Source: an uncultured Candidatus Saccharibacteria bacterium
GTDB taxonomy: Bacteria > Patescibacteriota > UBA1384 > XYA2-FULL-43-10 > 1-14-0-10-43-13
Assembly (NCBI GenBank): GCA_964628585.1
Contig: CAZVMH010000001.1
Location: 64,450 to 128,449 of the forward strand
Length of the DNA stretch: 64,000 bases
Direction of reading: 5' to 3'
The position numbers were made by a program, and so were the translations under genes. The notes under the pieces are model-generated. The model made no database searches, had not been told where the DNA came from, and worked only from the letters and a program-made list of their open reading frames with translations. Positions 27,988 to 37,328 of the stretch are shown here, piece by piece; the stretch's first letter is position 1; each line of letters starts with the position of its first letter.

Positions 27988-29523
27988 TTGTGTGGAATAT
28001 TCGGAACTATTTGCTGTAATAAAGATTGTCAAAACTCTCTAAATACCGCTAGCATGACATACAGGGGGTTAACGGGACTTCAACATAGAGGTCAAGAAGC
28101 GGCTGGAATTTCTGTAAGCAATGGGAAAGAAATATTCACAAAAAAAGGTTCAGGCTGGGTTTCTCATGTTTTTAATAAAAAAATATTAGAGAAGATGGAG
28201 GGAAATTTAGCGATTGGTCATAACAGATACGGTACGACAGGTGGCTCTACTGAAAAAAATGCTCAACCTTTCTATAAAAAAGAAAATTACGAATTAGCAT
28301 TGGCTCACAATGGGAACTTGGTTAATAGCCATGCTCTGCGACAGGAGCTAGAAAAAGAAGGGGCACATTTCGATTCAACCACTGATTCAGAAGTCATAAC
28401 AGAAATGATTGCTCGATCAAAAAAACCTACAATTGAAAAAGCAGTTATAGATGTATGCACCAAGATTCGTGGTGCATATTCTTTATTAATCCTCACAAAA
28501 AACAAAATTATTGCCGTCCGCGATCCGCACGGTATCCGTCCTCTTTCTCTTGGTTATAAAGGAAATCAGAACAGTCCAGATTTTTATTTTTTAGCTTCAG
28601 AAACTGCTGCTTTCAATGTGACTGGATCTCATTATATTCGCGAAATTCAGCCAGGTGAGGTTCTTTCTATAAGTCCACAAGGTAGAAGATCATTTAGACT
28701 TCCTGAAGAAGCAAATCTTAAACTTTGTATTTTCGAACTGATATATTTAGCTCGACCAGATAGTATATTTCATATCACTAAACCAGACGGTAAAACTATT
28801 CCAATCGGCGTTCATCAGGCCAGATTGAATATGGGCGCGCAGTTGGCAGAGGAAAATATTGCAGATAAAGGATTCGATATGGTCGCACCGGTTCCAGACT
28901 CGGGCAACCCAGCTGCAATTGGTTTTGCCAAAGAGAGTAAAATTCCTTTTGGTCAGGCTTTTACGCGTGACAGATACTATGCCGAAAGAACATTTATTAA
29001 CCCAGATCAAGATTCGAGGAAAGAGGGAGTTCTTCAGAAACTTTTTCCGCTTACCGATCAACTTTACAATGTGCGAATGGTCTTAGTTGAGGACTCCATA
29101 GTTCGCGGAACAACACTTGGTGTTTTGGTTCGAACAGCAAAAGAAGCAGGTGCTTGTGAAGTACATGCTAGAATTTCTTCTCCGCAATATCGTAATCCTT
29201 GCCATTTAGGAATTGACACTCCAGAAAAAGAAAAATTAATAGCAGCTAATATGGACGACGAAGAGATTGCTGAATATGTTAGTGCTGATAGCGTGAAATT
29301 CCTCTCGCTAGAAGGACTCATAAAAGCGCTCGGCATACCAAAAACTTGCTTCTGTTGTGCTTGCTTTGATGGTAAATATCCAGTCGAACCAGAGGAAGAA
29401 GAAAAAGGTAAGTTTATTCTTGAGAAAAAATCAAAAGATATAACATTAAAATCATCAGTCCAAGAGCCACAAAATCTAGAACAAAAAGGTACAAAAAAAT
29501 CCCCCCAACCTGTATTATTTTAA
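27988..29523 (+). CDS. purF: Amidophosphoribosyltransferase
   Basis: MCGIFG Ntn Cys, LQHRGQE, GHNRYGT, AHNGNL, PVPDSG, VEDSIVRGTT, CxCCACF. Confidence 0.95.
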   Translation: MCGIFGTICCNKDCQNSLNTASMTYRGLTGLQHRGQEAAGISVSNGKEIFTKKGSGWVSHVFNKKILEKMEGNLAIGHNRYGTTGGSTEKNAQPFYKKENYELALAHNGNLVNSHALRQELEKEGAHFDSTTDSEVITEMIARSKKPTIEKAVIDVCTKIRGAYSLLILTKNKIIAVRDPHGIRPLSLGYKGNQNSPDFYFLASETAAFNVTGSHYIREIQPGEVLSISPQGRRSFRLPEEANLKLCIFELIYLARPDSIFHITKPDGKTIPIGVHQARLNMGAQLAEENIADKGFDMVAPVPDSGNPAAIGFAKESKIPFGQAFTRDRYYAERTFINPDQDSRKEGVLQKLFPLTDQLYNVRMVLVEDSIVRGTTLGVLVRTAKEAGACEVHARISSPQYRNPCHLGIDTPEKEKLIAANMDDEEIAEYVSADSVKFLSLEGLIKALGIPKTCFCCACFDGKYPVEPEEEEKGKFILEKKSKDITLKSSVQEPQNLEQKGTKKSPQPVLF

Positions 29524-29537
29524 TTTATCCAATAGTA

Positions 29538-29728
29538 CTAATAGTCTCTTATTTTAGCTTCAAAAGCTTTTTCTATAGAACTAATTATTTTTTCAACAAT
29601 TTCTTCGGCTTCTTTGTCGGTCAGAGTTTTTGATTCAGCTTGAAGATAAATGTGGTAAGCTACATTCTTTTTGTCTTCGCCAAATTTGTCGGAGGCGAAC
29701 TCATCGAACAATTCAACTCGGTTTATGA
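29538..29728 (-). repeat. Duplicate of the pheT 3' end (~63 codons, promoterless remnant)
   Basis: Encodes INRVELFDEFASDKFGEDKKNVAYHIYLQAESKTLTDKEAEEIVEKIISSIEKAFEAKIRDY*, matching 31312-31502. Confidence 0.92.
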
Positions 29729-29776
29729 TATTTGGCTGATCTAAGAATTATGCCCAGAGAATACTCATATCAATTT

Positions 29777-31306
29777 TTAATCCGGCCAGTCCATTCCGGC
29801 CCAGCCATAATCATTTTTAAACATGTTTTTAACACATTGACTTGATTTCAAATATATATTCCTAATGTCTTCACCAGTTTTGTGATATTCTTGTTGGGCA
29901 TTAACAAACTCTCTTGAACAAGAAGGGTTTGGATCAGAATCATGGACATAGACAACTGTTCCGATTGATGTTAAATTAAAAAGTTTTTTGGCATCATGGT
30001 CAACAAGTCCTATACATCCAGCAGTTCCCATTCCCGCGGCATGAAAACCGTAATTGCCTACAAAGTTTTGCCAGTAAGGCATATCCATCTGCCAGATTGA
30101 AGAAAACCGATGTTCTGCTTTAGATAAAATTCTATAAGTGCCCGATGGTGCGTTGTCATCATAACCTCCATCCATAAAGCGAGTGTTGAAAATTATTACA
30201 TTATTTTTATCTACCATGACGACTTTATGTGCAAAAAGATCAACATCAATATATGCCTCATGAAATCTGCCAGTGGTGCTAAAATTGATAGTAGAAACGG
30301 GAAGTGGAATTGTCACATCACTTTTAGTAATATTATCCATAATTAACTGTGAAGTTTTTAAAATATCAAGAGCTTTCCCAACTCTTCCATTCTGAATGAC
30401 AGCATTGCTTACATAATCAATCCTTTTGTCTATAACACTGACATTATTTTGACTCGCGATAGTACTTGAATATATTTTGATTTTTTCAATATCAAAATAA
30501 GGTTCGTAGTTCTTGGTTTTATCGAACGATAGCCACGAAAGAAGATTTGTTTTTGTGACAGGGATGATTTTTGATTCGTAACTTAGTTTGATATTTCTGT
30601 TTGAGAGAGCAAGAGCTTTTTCTAGGCCAGGGGTCAGGTCGCTAATAACTAGTAATGGTTTTTCTTCATCAAGCGGAATATTTAATTCTTCAGTTTGTTT
30701 ACTATAAAATCCTTGATAAATTTTGTCATATAAACTTTCAATATTGATACGATATCCGATTTCCTCTGGTTTAATAGAAATTTTATCACCGTCGATAACG
30801 AAACTTGCATCAATAGATGATTTCTCAAATTCATTTTTGATTGTATCCAAAAAAGCATTTCTTGTGTTGTCAATAATAATTGGTTTTGGTTGAACATCTT
30901 TACCTTTGAATACGATTTTATAAAAATCAATTATTCCAGCAATACTGTTGGTCCGGCCCAAATTATAAGTTTCATTTAAAGAAGCAGAATTATCAATTAA
31001 AAAACCTGTGCCAAAATAGGTCGATTTGAAAATCTTGTCATTTGCTTTAAAAGTTATCTCATTCTTTAGTAATATTTCGTTTTGTTCCGAAATAATCTGA
31101 TCTGCTTCACTTTTGGTCTTGCCAGAGAGTTCGATGCCCGAATACTTAATGTTGTTTATTATTTTGTCTTTATAAAAATAACGGTAGGCCAAAACAAAAG
31201 AGACTGATAATATGAAGAGAACTACCAAAATGGCAACCGTATAAATCAATGGCTTTAATATTTTTGAGAAATTATTCACATCTATATTATATATTTTTTG
31301 AACCAT
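29777..31306 (-). CDS. L,D-transpeptidase with YoaR-like peptidoglycan-binding domains
   Basis: N-terminal TM; GIELSGKT..EA; YIDVDL, PSGTYRI, MPYW, YGFH...TAGCIGL, GTVVYVH. Confidence 0.8.
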   Translation of the reverse strand: MVQKIYNIDVNNFSKILKPLIYTVAILVVLFILSVSFVLAYRYFYKDKIINNIKYSGIELSGKTKSEADQIISEQNEILLKNEITFKANDKIFKSTYFGTGFLIDNSASLNETYNLGRTNSIAGIIDFYKIVFKGKDVQPKPIIIDNTRNAFLDTIKNEFEKSSIDASFVIDGDKISIKPEEIGYRINIESLYDKIYQGFYSKQTEELNIPLDEEKPLLVISDLTPGLEKALALSNRNIKLSYESKIIPVTKTNLLSWLSFDKTKNYEPYFDIEKIKIYSSTIASQNNVSVIDKRIDYVSNAVIQNGRVGKALDILKTSQLIMDNITKSDVTIPLPVSTINFSTTGRFHEAYIDVDLFAHKVVMVDKNNVIIFNTRFMDGGYDDNAPSGTYRILSKAEHRFSSIWQMDMPYWQNFVGNYGFHAAGMGTAGCIGLVDHDAKKLFNLTSIGTVVYVHDSDPNPSCSREFVNAQQEYHKTGEDIRNIYLKSSQCVKNMFKNDYGWAGMDWPD

Positions 31307-31311
31307 AGAAT

Positions 31312-33561
31312 CTAATAGTTTCGGATTTTTGCGTCGAGAGCTTTTTCTATAGAGCTAATAATCTTTTCAACAATTTCTTCGGCTTCTTTGTCGGTCAGAG
31401 TTTTTGATTCAGCTTGAAGATAAATGTGGTAAGCTACATTCTTTTTGTCTTCGCCAAATTTGTCGGAAGCGAACTCATCAAAAAGTTCGACTCTATTAAT
31501 TAGTTCCGATTCTTCATATATCAAATTTGTAATTTTGTCTGCTTCAACACTGGCGTCGACGATAAAAGCGACGTCTCGAGTAATGGATGGGTATTTTGAA
31601 ACGGCTCGGTAATGAATTTGTTTGTCAGAAAGTGTGAGCTCAATATTATCTTTATTAATTTTTGAGTTCTTATTAATATCATCAATTTTGATCTCAAAGG
31701 TATAGGTGACCGGTTTTTTGATTTTAAATTTAAGCAGATCATCTCGAGAAAGTTCGTTAACTTGAATATCAAGATCCAATTTCAATTTATCTTTCAAATT
31801 AGAAATAGCAGATTCGATTTCTTTTTTGGCGTTCTTTCCGCTTGAGGCAAGGGCCAAATGGGCTTCTTCGGAGCTGGTTGTGAAAACATTGCCAATTTCG
31901 AAGATTAAAACTGGGTCAAAAATCGGATTTTTGGCAACGGCTTTCAAAAGTGAAGGCAATAAAAATTTTCGCAGATATTTATTTTCTGGTTGAACTGGAT
32001 TAGCAACTTCTAATAGATCGGTTTTGTCTAATTTAAGCGCTTCCAAGTCGGCTTCGCTTAAAAACGAATAAGTGTTAACTTCAGAAAAGCCGGCCTCAAC
32101 TAAAACATCTTTCATGTGCTCTTTAAAATGGTAAATTCCACTTTTTGGCTTTTCTGTCTTTGGTGTCTCAACCTTGGCAATATTATTCAAATCAAATATT
32201 CGCCCAATTTCCTCGGCCAAATCTTGCCAGATGGTAACATCATGACGCCATGAAGGGGCTTGAACCATATTATCTTTCAGTACGAAGCCCAAGTTTTCAA
32301 GATATTTCTTGGCGTCAGCCTCTTTGATGTCTGTTCCAAGTAAATTATTAATGCGCTCCAATTCAAATGGAACCCAAGTGTTTTCATAAGTGCTAGCAAT
32401 ATTTGTTTTCTTTCCAGTAATTTTCCCACCACAGAGTTCAACTATCAGACTAGTCGCTTTGTCTAAGGCTTTCTCGGTCATCTCAGGGTCAATTCCTCTT
32501 TCAAAACGGTAGCTAGCTTCAGTTGCCAGCCCCAACTTTTTAGCAGTTTGGCGAATATTTACAGGATTAAATTCAGCAGATTCCAAAATTATCGAAGTTG
32601 TGTTATCGTCAACTTCAGAATTTAGTCCACCCATAACACCAGCTAGCGCAACGGCTTTTTCTGGATCGGCAATCACGAGCATTTCTTCACTCAAAATTCG
32701 TTTCTCATTATCAAGAGTGATAAATTCTTCATCTTTTTTGGCTTCTCGAACAACAATATTGTTATCAGATATTTTCTTGGCATCAAAAGCATGAAGGGGT
32801 TGGCCTAAATCAAACATTATGTAGTTGGTGATATCTACCAAATTATTGATCGATTTTCCGTCCATTGCCTCAATTTTTTTGACTAGCCAGTCAGGAGAAG
32901 GACCAATTTTAATATCAGAAATGGTGATTCCACAGTAGCGAGGACATTTTTCAGGAGATAAAATTTCAATTAAAAAGTCAGAATCCTTGTCATCGATTTT
33001 CGGAATATCAAGATCCAATTTCTTGTCCAATACGGCTGAAAGTTCTCGCGCCATACCAACATGCGAAAGACAATCGCCACGATTTGGCGTGATTTCAAGG
33101 TCAAAAATTGCATCGCTATCGAGTAGATCGACAACTGATTTGCCCAACGGTGTATTGGCGGGCAATTGCATTATGCCTTCGTGATTTTCGGAAATGCCGA
33201 GTTCCTTTTCACTGCAAAGCATGCCGAAGGATTTTTCACCTCGGATCAAAGCTTCTTTTATCTCAAAATCAGAAAATTTAGTACCAATCTTGGCTAGTGG
33301 CACAATCTGATCGACAGCAATATTTGGGGCGCCACAGACAATATTAAATTCTTCTTTGCCGTCGGTAACCCTGGCAAGTTGAAGTTTGTCGGCATTAGGA
33401 TGTTTTTTGACTTCTAAAATTTTTACGGCGACAACTTTTTTGTCAATTTTGCCCAAAACTTCATCTACTAGAGAGCCTGAAAAAGTCAAAAGATCGGCAA
33501 TCTCTTCGTTTGATTTATCTGTCTTAACATATTCAGTTAACCAACTTCGTAATATCTTCAT
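31312..33561 (-). CDS. pheT: Phenylalanyl-tRNA synthetase beta subunit
   Basis: HPNADKL, IVCGAPN, ITPNRGD, GQPLHAFD, RFERGID, DLAEEIGR, FDX-ACB C-terminus. Confidence 0.97.
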   Translation of the reverse strand: MKILRSWLTEYVKTDKSNEEIADLLTFSGSLVDEVLGKIDKKVVAVKILEVKKHPNADKLQLARVTDGKEEFNIVCGAPNIAVDQIVPLAKIGTKFSDFEIKEALIRGEKSFGMLCSEKELGISENHEGIMQLPANTPLGKSVVDLLDSDAIFDLEITPNRGDCLSHVGMARELSAVLDKKLDLDIPKIDDKDSDFLIEILSPEKCPRYCGITISDIKIGPSPDWLVKKIEAMDGKSINNLVDITNYIMFDLGQPLHAFDAKKISDNNIVVREAKKDEEFITLDNEKRILSEEMLVIADPEKAVALAGVMGGLNSEVDDNTTSIILESAEFNPVNIRQTAKKLGLATEASYRFERGIDPEMTEKALDKATSLIVELCGGKITGKKTNIASTYENTWVPFELERINNLLGTDIKEADAKKYLENLGFVLKDNMVQAPSWRHDVTIWQDLAEEIGRIFDLNNIAKVETPKTEKPKSGIYHFKEHMKDVLVEAGFSEVNTYSFLSEADLEALKLDKTDLLEVANPVQPENKYLRKFLLPSLLKAVAKNPIFDPVLIFEIGNVFTTSSEEAHLALASSGKNAKKEIESAISNLKDKLKLDLDIQVNELSRDDLLKFKIKKPVTYTFEIKIDDINKNSKINKDNIELTLSDKQIHYRAVSKYPSITRDVAFIVDASVEADKITNLIYEESELINRVELFDEFASDKFGEDKKNVAYHIYLQAESKTLTDKEAEEIVEKIISSIEKALDAKIRNY

Positions 33562-33563
33562 AA

Positions 33564-34244
33564 TTAAAATTGCTTAAGGAATCTTAAGTCACCGCTCTTA
33601 AAAAGACGAATTTCTTTAATACCGTATTTGATCATGATGGCTCGTTCAATGCCGGGACCAAAAGCGTAACCAGAATATTCATTCGAATCAATTCCCATAT
33701 TTTCTATAACTTTAGGGTGAACCATACCAGCGCCACCTAACTCAAACCATTTGCCACGGAATTTCATCTCAAATTCGATTGAAGGTTCGGTAAAAGGAAA
33801 GTGGTGAGGACGAAATCGTAAAATGGTGTCTTCTCCGAGCAATTCTTTATATAGTTTTTCCAAAATATCGAAAAGCTGTCCCATCGAGACTTTTTTATCA
33901 ATATAAAGACCCTCAATCTGCATGAAGGTATTTTCGTGTCCAGAATCGGTTGCTTCATTTCTATAACATACACCGGGTACGATAACTTTGATTGGTGGCT
34001 TATGACTTTCGCCATATTTTACCTGCGAGTTGGAAGTTTGAGTTCGAAGTAACCTGCCATCGGTTAGCCAAAAGGTATCCTGAACATCTCGAGATGGGTG
34101 ACTAGCAGGCACATTGAGCGCATCAAAGTTGTACCATTCAGTATCAACTTCTGTTCCCTCATAAACGTCAAAACCGTAGCGTTCAAAAAAAAGCACCGCT
34201 TGGCGAATTGCACTAGTAATCGGATGTAAATTTCCCTTAATCAT
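33564..34244 (-). CDS. pheS: Phenylalanyl-tRNA synthetase alpha subunit, catalytic domain only
   Basis: GNLHPI, NFDALN..HPSRD.QDTF, LLRTQTS, FPFTEPS, GAGMVHP, GPGIER; likely ATG at 34244. Confidence 0.93.
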   Translation of the reverse strand: MIKGNLHPITSAIRQAVLFFERYGFDVYEGTEVDTEWYNFDALNVPASHPSRDVQDTFWLTDGRLLRTQTSNSQVKYGESHKPPIKVIVPGVCYRNEATDSGHENTFMQIEGLYIDKKVSMGQLFDILEKLYKELLGEDTILRFRPHHFPFTEPSIEFEMKFRGKWFELGGAGMVHPKVIENMGIDSNEYSGYAFGPGIERAIMIKYGIKEIRLFKSGDLRFLKQF

Positions 34245-34324
34245 TACTATTATAGTAACAAAAGTTTGTGCTAAGTTCAATTGAGGTATTGCATTAATAT
34301 AGTAGAAGGCATATTTTGAAACTA

Positions 34325-34927
34325 ATGAGGGAAAGAATAAAGACAATTTTAACGCTTTTAATAATAATTTGTTCCATTGGGGCGATTGTTCAGTTCATTT
34401 TAATATGTAAAAACAACTTAACGTCACCGGAAAATTTAGTTAGTGAAAAAACTTATAATATTGAAATTGGTACTAAGTTTATAAAGTTTAAAATAGAAAC
34501 CTATTCCGATGCCGAAGGATTCAGTTCTTATATTATAAAAAAGAATTTTACTCATGTCGAAAAGTTAAAACTATCTGGTTTTGAACATGATATAAATTTT
34601 TATAAAGAACGATCGGTGAATTTGGATGGGCAAGAATTATTACTACTTTTCGGGGATGTTGGGGTTCATGCCCAAAATATTCAAGTCGTGAATTTTATGG
34701 ACAATAAAATCAAAGCAGTAAAAATTGAAGAAAATAAAAATCTTTTAGATAATATAATGACAGACGTACCAAATTTCATAATTGAAGATAATATGAAGAT
34801 CTTAACAATTGATCTGCGGGATTATGACAAAGATCCAACCATGTTCTCTAAAAAGAATGTTTATAAGTGGCAAAACGGACGGTTTGTTTTTGACAGAGCT
34901 GAAGATTTCTCATATAATGAAGAGTGA
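34325..34927 (+). CDS. Membrane-anchored hypothetical protein
   Basis: N-terminal TM followed by a beta-rich soluble region. Confidence 0.6.
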   Translation: MRERIKTILTLLIIICSIGAIVQFILICKNNLTSPENLVSEKTYNIEIGTKFIKFKIETYSDAEGFSSYIIKKNFTHVEKLKLSGFEHDINFYKERSVNLDGQELLLLFGDVGVHAQNIQVVNFMDNKIKAVKIEENKNLLDNIMTDVPNFIIEDNMKILTIDLRDYDKDPTMFSKKNVYKWQNGRFVFDRAEDFSYNEE

Positions 34928-34945
34928 AGTTAATCAAAGGAGAAA

Positions 34946-35386
34946 ATGAAAACACATCATAAGTCTTTCATTCTAACTCTCGCAGTTGTGGTTTTTATGG
35001 GTCTTTTGGGGGTGTTTTTGCTCGGTAGGGGAAATGCTGGTGGTGATAAAAAGGTGGCTGAAAACAGTGAGGGGGACGTTGCTGGAGCCACAACAATTGG
35101 AGGAGACGATTATCTGGCTAATTTGGCCAAGAGCTTGCGTGATCAGGGAGCTGTTCTCTATGGCTCTTACTTGAGTCCAGAAACAAATGAACAAAAAGAA
35201 ATGTTTAAGGAGTCTGCCTCCACCCTTGACTATGTCGAGTGCGATGCTGCAGGTCCTGACGCTAATCCAGATGAGTGTATTGCTCAAAAAATTGAAACTT
35301 ATCCAACTTGGGTTTTTGAGGGAACACAGTATAAAGATGTTCAGGAGCTAAGTACTTTAGCTCAAATGATTGGTTTTTCTGAGTAA
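34946..35386 (+). CDS. Membrane-anchored thioredoxin-like protein (VKOR-associated type) lacking CxxC
   Basis: GAVLYGSYLSPETNEQKEMF (cf. YGAYWCPHC..QK), YVEC...C...I..YPTW. Confidence 0.7.
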   Translation: MKTHHKSFILTLAVVVFMGLLGVFLLGRGNAGGDKKVAENSEGDVAGATTIGGDDYLANLAKSLRDQGAVLYGSYLSPETNEQKEMFKESASTLDYVECDAAGPDANPDECIAQKIETYPTWVFEGTQYKDVQELSTLAQMIGFSE

Positions 35387-35537
35387 ATTCTTGTTTGTGC
35401 CTGCGGATAACTCAAAACAATTATTATTTAAAAATTTTAATTCAAAAATATTTAGAAATTATTACCTTTATAGGACTATTAAATTTTACTCTCAAGCACA
35501 ATAAGAGAAAATTAATTTTTCATGAGCTCAAAAAGGC

Positions 35538-35566
35538 TTGACATGAGAGGGTGCCACTCTTAAAAT
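35538..35566 (+). promoter_or_regulatory. Near-consensus sigma70 promoter
   Basis: TTGACA-17-TAAAAT. Confidence 0.75.
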
Positions 35567-35637
35567 GTATAGGAGGGATAATATAAATGAATTTGATTAA
35601 TAAATAATTAACTACATTTGAGAGGAGGTGAAATAAC

Positions 35638-35781
35638 ATGGAAGCATACTGCGTTAAGTGCAAAGCTAAAAAAGAAATGAACAGCCCAGAAGCTGTTACT
35701 ATGAAAAACGGCAAGCCAGCTACAAAGGGAACCTGCCCAGATTGTGGCACAGGAATGTACAGAATTGGTAAAGCTGCTTAG
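35638..35781 (+). CDS. 47-aa zinc-ribbon protein (DUF5679-like), absent from the ORF track
   Basis: AGGAGGTG SD; MEAYCVKCKAKKEMNSPEAVTMKNGKPATKGTCPDCGTGMYRIGKAA. Confidence 0.9.
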   Translation: MEAYCVKCKAKKEMNSPEAVTMKNGKPATKGTCPDCGTGMYRIGKAA

Positions 35782-35903
35782 GGATATATATTCAAAAAGT
35801 TTTTGTTTTTGGTAAAAAATGTCTAAAATCGTTTTGGTTGAGGGCATTTTTTATACACATTGAAAATTTAGGCATTTTAGAATATAATTCATATTAACTT
35901 ACT

Positions 35904-37328
35904 ATGAAAAAGTCAGAACTTTTTTTTGCGTTCTTATTACTTCCCGTAGATGTCGGAATGATATTCTTATCATTCATTTTGGCATATCAAATTCGCGTCA
36001 GCCTTCTTGATGTTCTCCCTGCTCTTTCCGATATTACACTTAAGCAATATTTGCACTATTCTCTTATAATTATGCCTATTTGGATTGCCCTCTTTGCTCT
36101 AAATGGACTTTACTATAGGAGAGCAACAGGTGGAGTTTTTCGTGAATTTTATAAAGTTTTGTCTGCTTCTTCTACCGCGATGCTTTTTTTGGTTGTTTTA
36201 TTCTTTTTTTCTAAAACAGTTTTTTTCTCAAGATTAATTCTTATCTTTACCTGGGTTTTGAGTATATTTCTAATCTGTACTGGCCGAATTATTCTTAAAT
36301 TAACACAACGCTATCTTCTCCGTTTCGGAATAGGCCGGAGGAATCTGCTTTTAATAGGTGACAATCAAACTTCAGAAACAGTCTGTAAAACGGTGTCTAG
36401 AAACCCAAGTTTTGGTTATGAGGTAATTGGAATTCTAAATGGCGAATCAAAACTAAGTAAATTTGGTCTAAATGTAATTGGACCAGTATCCGATCTTCTT
36501 AAAAAAATTCGCCAATACCATATTGATGAAATTGTTATGACTGATATAAATTTATCAAAAACAAAGATTTTAGAGATTATTCAAACTTGTTCCGACACAA
36601 AAACGGCTTTCAAATATATCCCTGACACTTTCTCCTTGATGACTTTCAATGTAACTTCTGGGCTTCTCGGTTCAATCCCTGTAATGGAACTAAAATCTAT
36701 CCCGTTAGATGGCTGGGGCAGAATTGTTAAAAGATTAATTGATGTTGTTTTTTCTGCAATTTTACTTATTATTACCTCGCCCATTATGTTAATTGTCGCA
36801 ATATTAGAAAAACTGACTTCGCCTGGCCCAATTTTTTACAAACATGAAAGAATTGGCCGTGACGAAAAAGTTTTTAATTTTTACAAATTCCGTTCAATGT
36901 ATATTGATAAATGTGACTTTAAGGGCGGTGTTTTTTGGAGCACAAAAGCAGATGAAACAACTAGAATTACACCGCTCGGGCGAATTCTGCGAAAGACCAA
37001 TATAGATGAACTGCCACAGTTCTGGAATATCTTGATTGGTGACATGAGTCTTATTGGCCCAAGACCGGAACTTCCAAAACACGTACAAAGATTCGAAAAA
37101 GAAATTCCTGACTATTTTAAACGTCACAAAGTAAAGGCTGGTTTAACTGGTTGGGCTCAGGTAAACGGTTTGAAGGGTGATACCTCAATTAAAGAACGCG
37201 TACGATATGATATTTATTATATCGAAAATTGGTCATTGTGGTTTGATTTAAAAATTACTTTTAAGACCGTAGCATTGATAATTTATGAAATATTTGGCGG
37301 AAAATATGAATATCGCACTCGTCCATGA
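35904..37328 (+). CDS. Polyprenyl-phosphate sugar phosphotransferase (WcaJ/WbaP family)
   Basis: N-terminal TMs, CoA-binding-like domain, KRLIDV, KFRSM, DELPQ, GPRPE, GLTGWAQVNG. Confidence 0.92.
   Translation: MKKSELFFAFLLLPVDVGMIFLSFILAYQIRVSLLDVLPALSDITLKQYLHYSLIIMPIWIALFALNGLYYRRATGGVFREFYKVLSASSTAMLFLVVLFFFSKTVFFSRLILIFTWVLSIFLICTGRIILKLTQRYLLRFGIGRRNLLLIGDNQTSETVCKTVSRNPSFGYEVIGILNGESKLSKFGLNVIGPVSDLLKKIRQYHIDEIVMTDINLSKTKILEIIQTCSDTKTAFKYIPDTFSLMTFNVTSGLLGSIPVMELKSIPLDGWGRIVKRLIDVVFSAILLIITSPIMLIVAILEKLTSPGPIFYKHERIGRDEKVFNFYKFRSMYIDKCDFKGGVFWSTKADETTRITPLGRILRKTNIDELPQFWNILIGDMSLIGPRPELPKHVQRFEKEIPDYFKRHKVKAGLTGWAQVNGLKGDTSIKERVRYDIYYIENWSLWFDLKITFKTVALIIYEIFGGKYEYRTRP

Noticed and set aside
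29538-31502. pheT repeat as a DGR template/variable repeat or as prophage att sites
   Set aside because: Differences are mostly synonymous and not adenine-specific; no reverse transcriptase, integrase or phage genes
34245-34346. N-terminal extension of pheS given in the ORF track
   Set aside because: Does not resemble the PheS coiled coil, overlaps the divergent gene start, and contains the likely promoter
35387-35860. Possible oriC (AT-rich stretch, TGCGGATAA at 35402, TTATACACA at 35851)
   Set aside because: Only scattered DnaA-box-like matches (another at 63546), no cluster, and no dnaA/dnaN in the window
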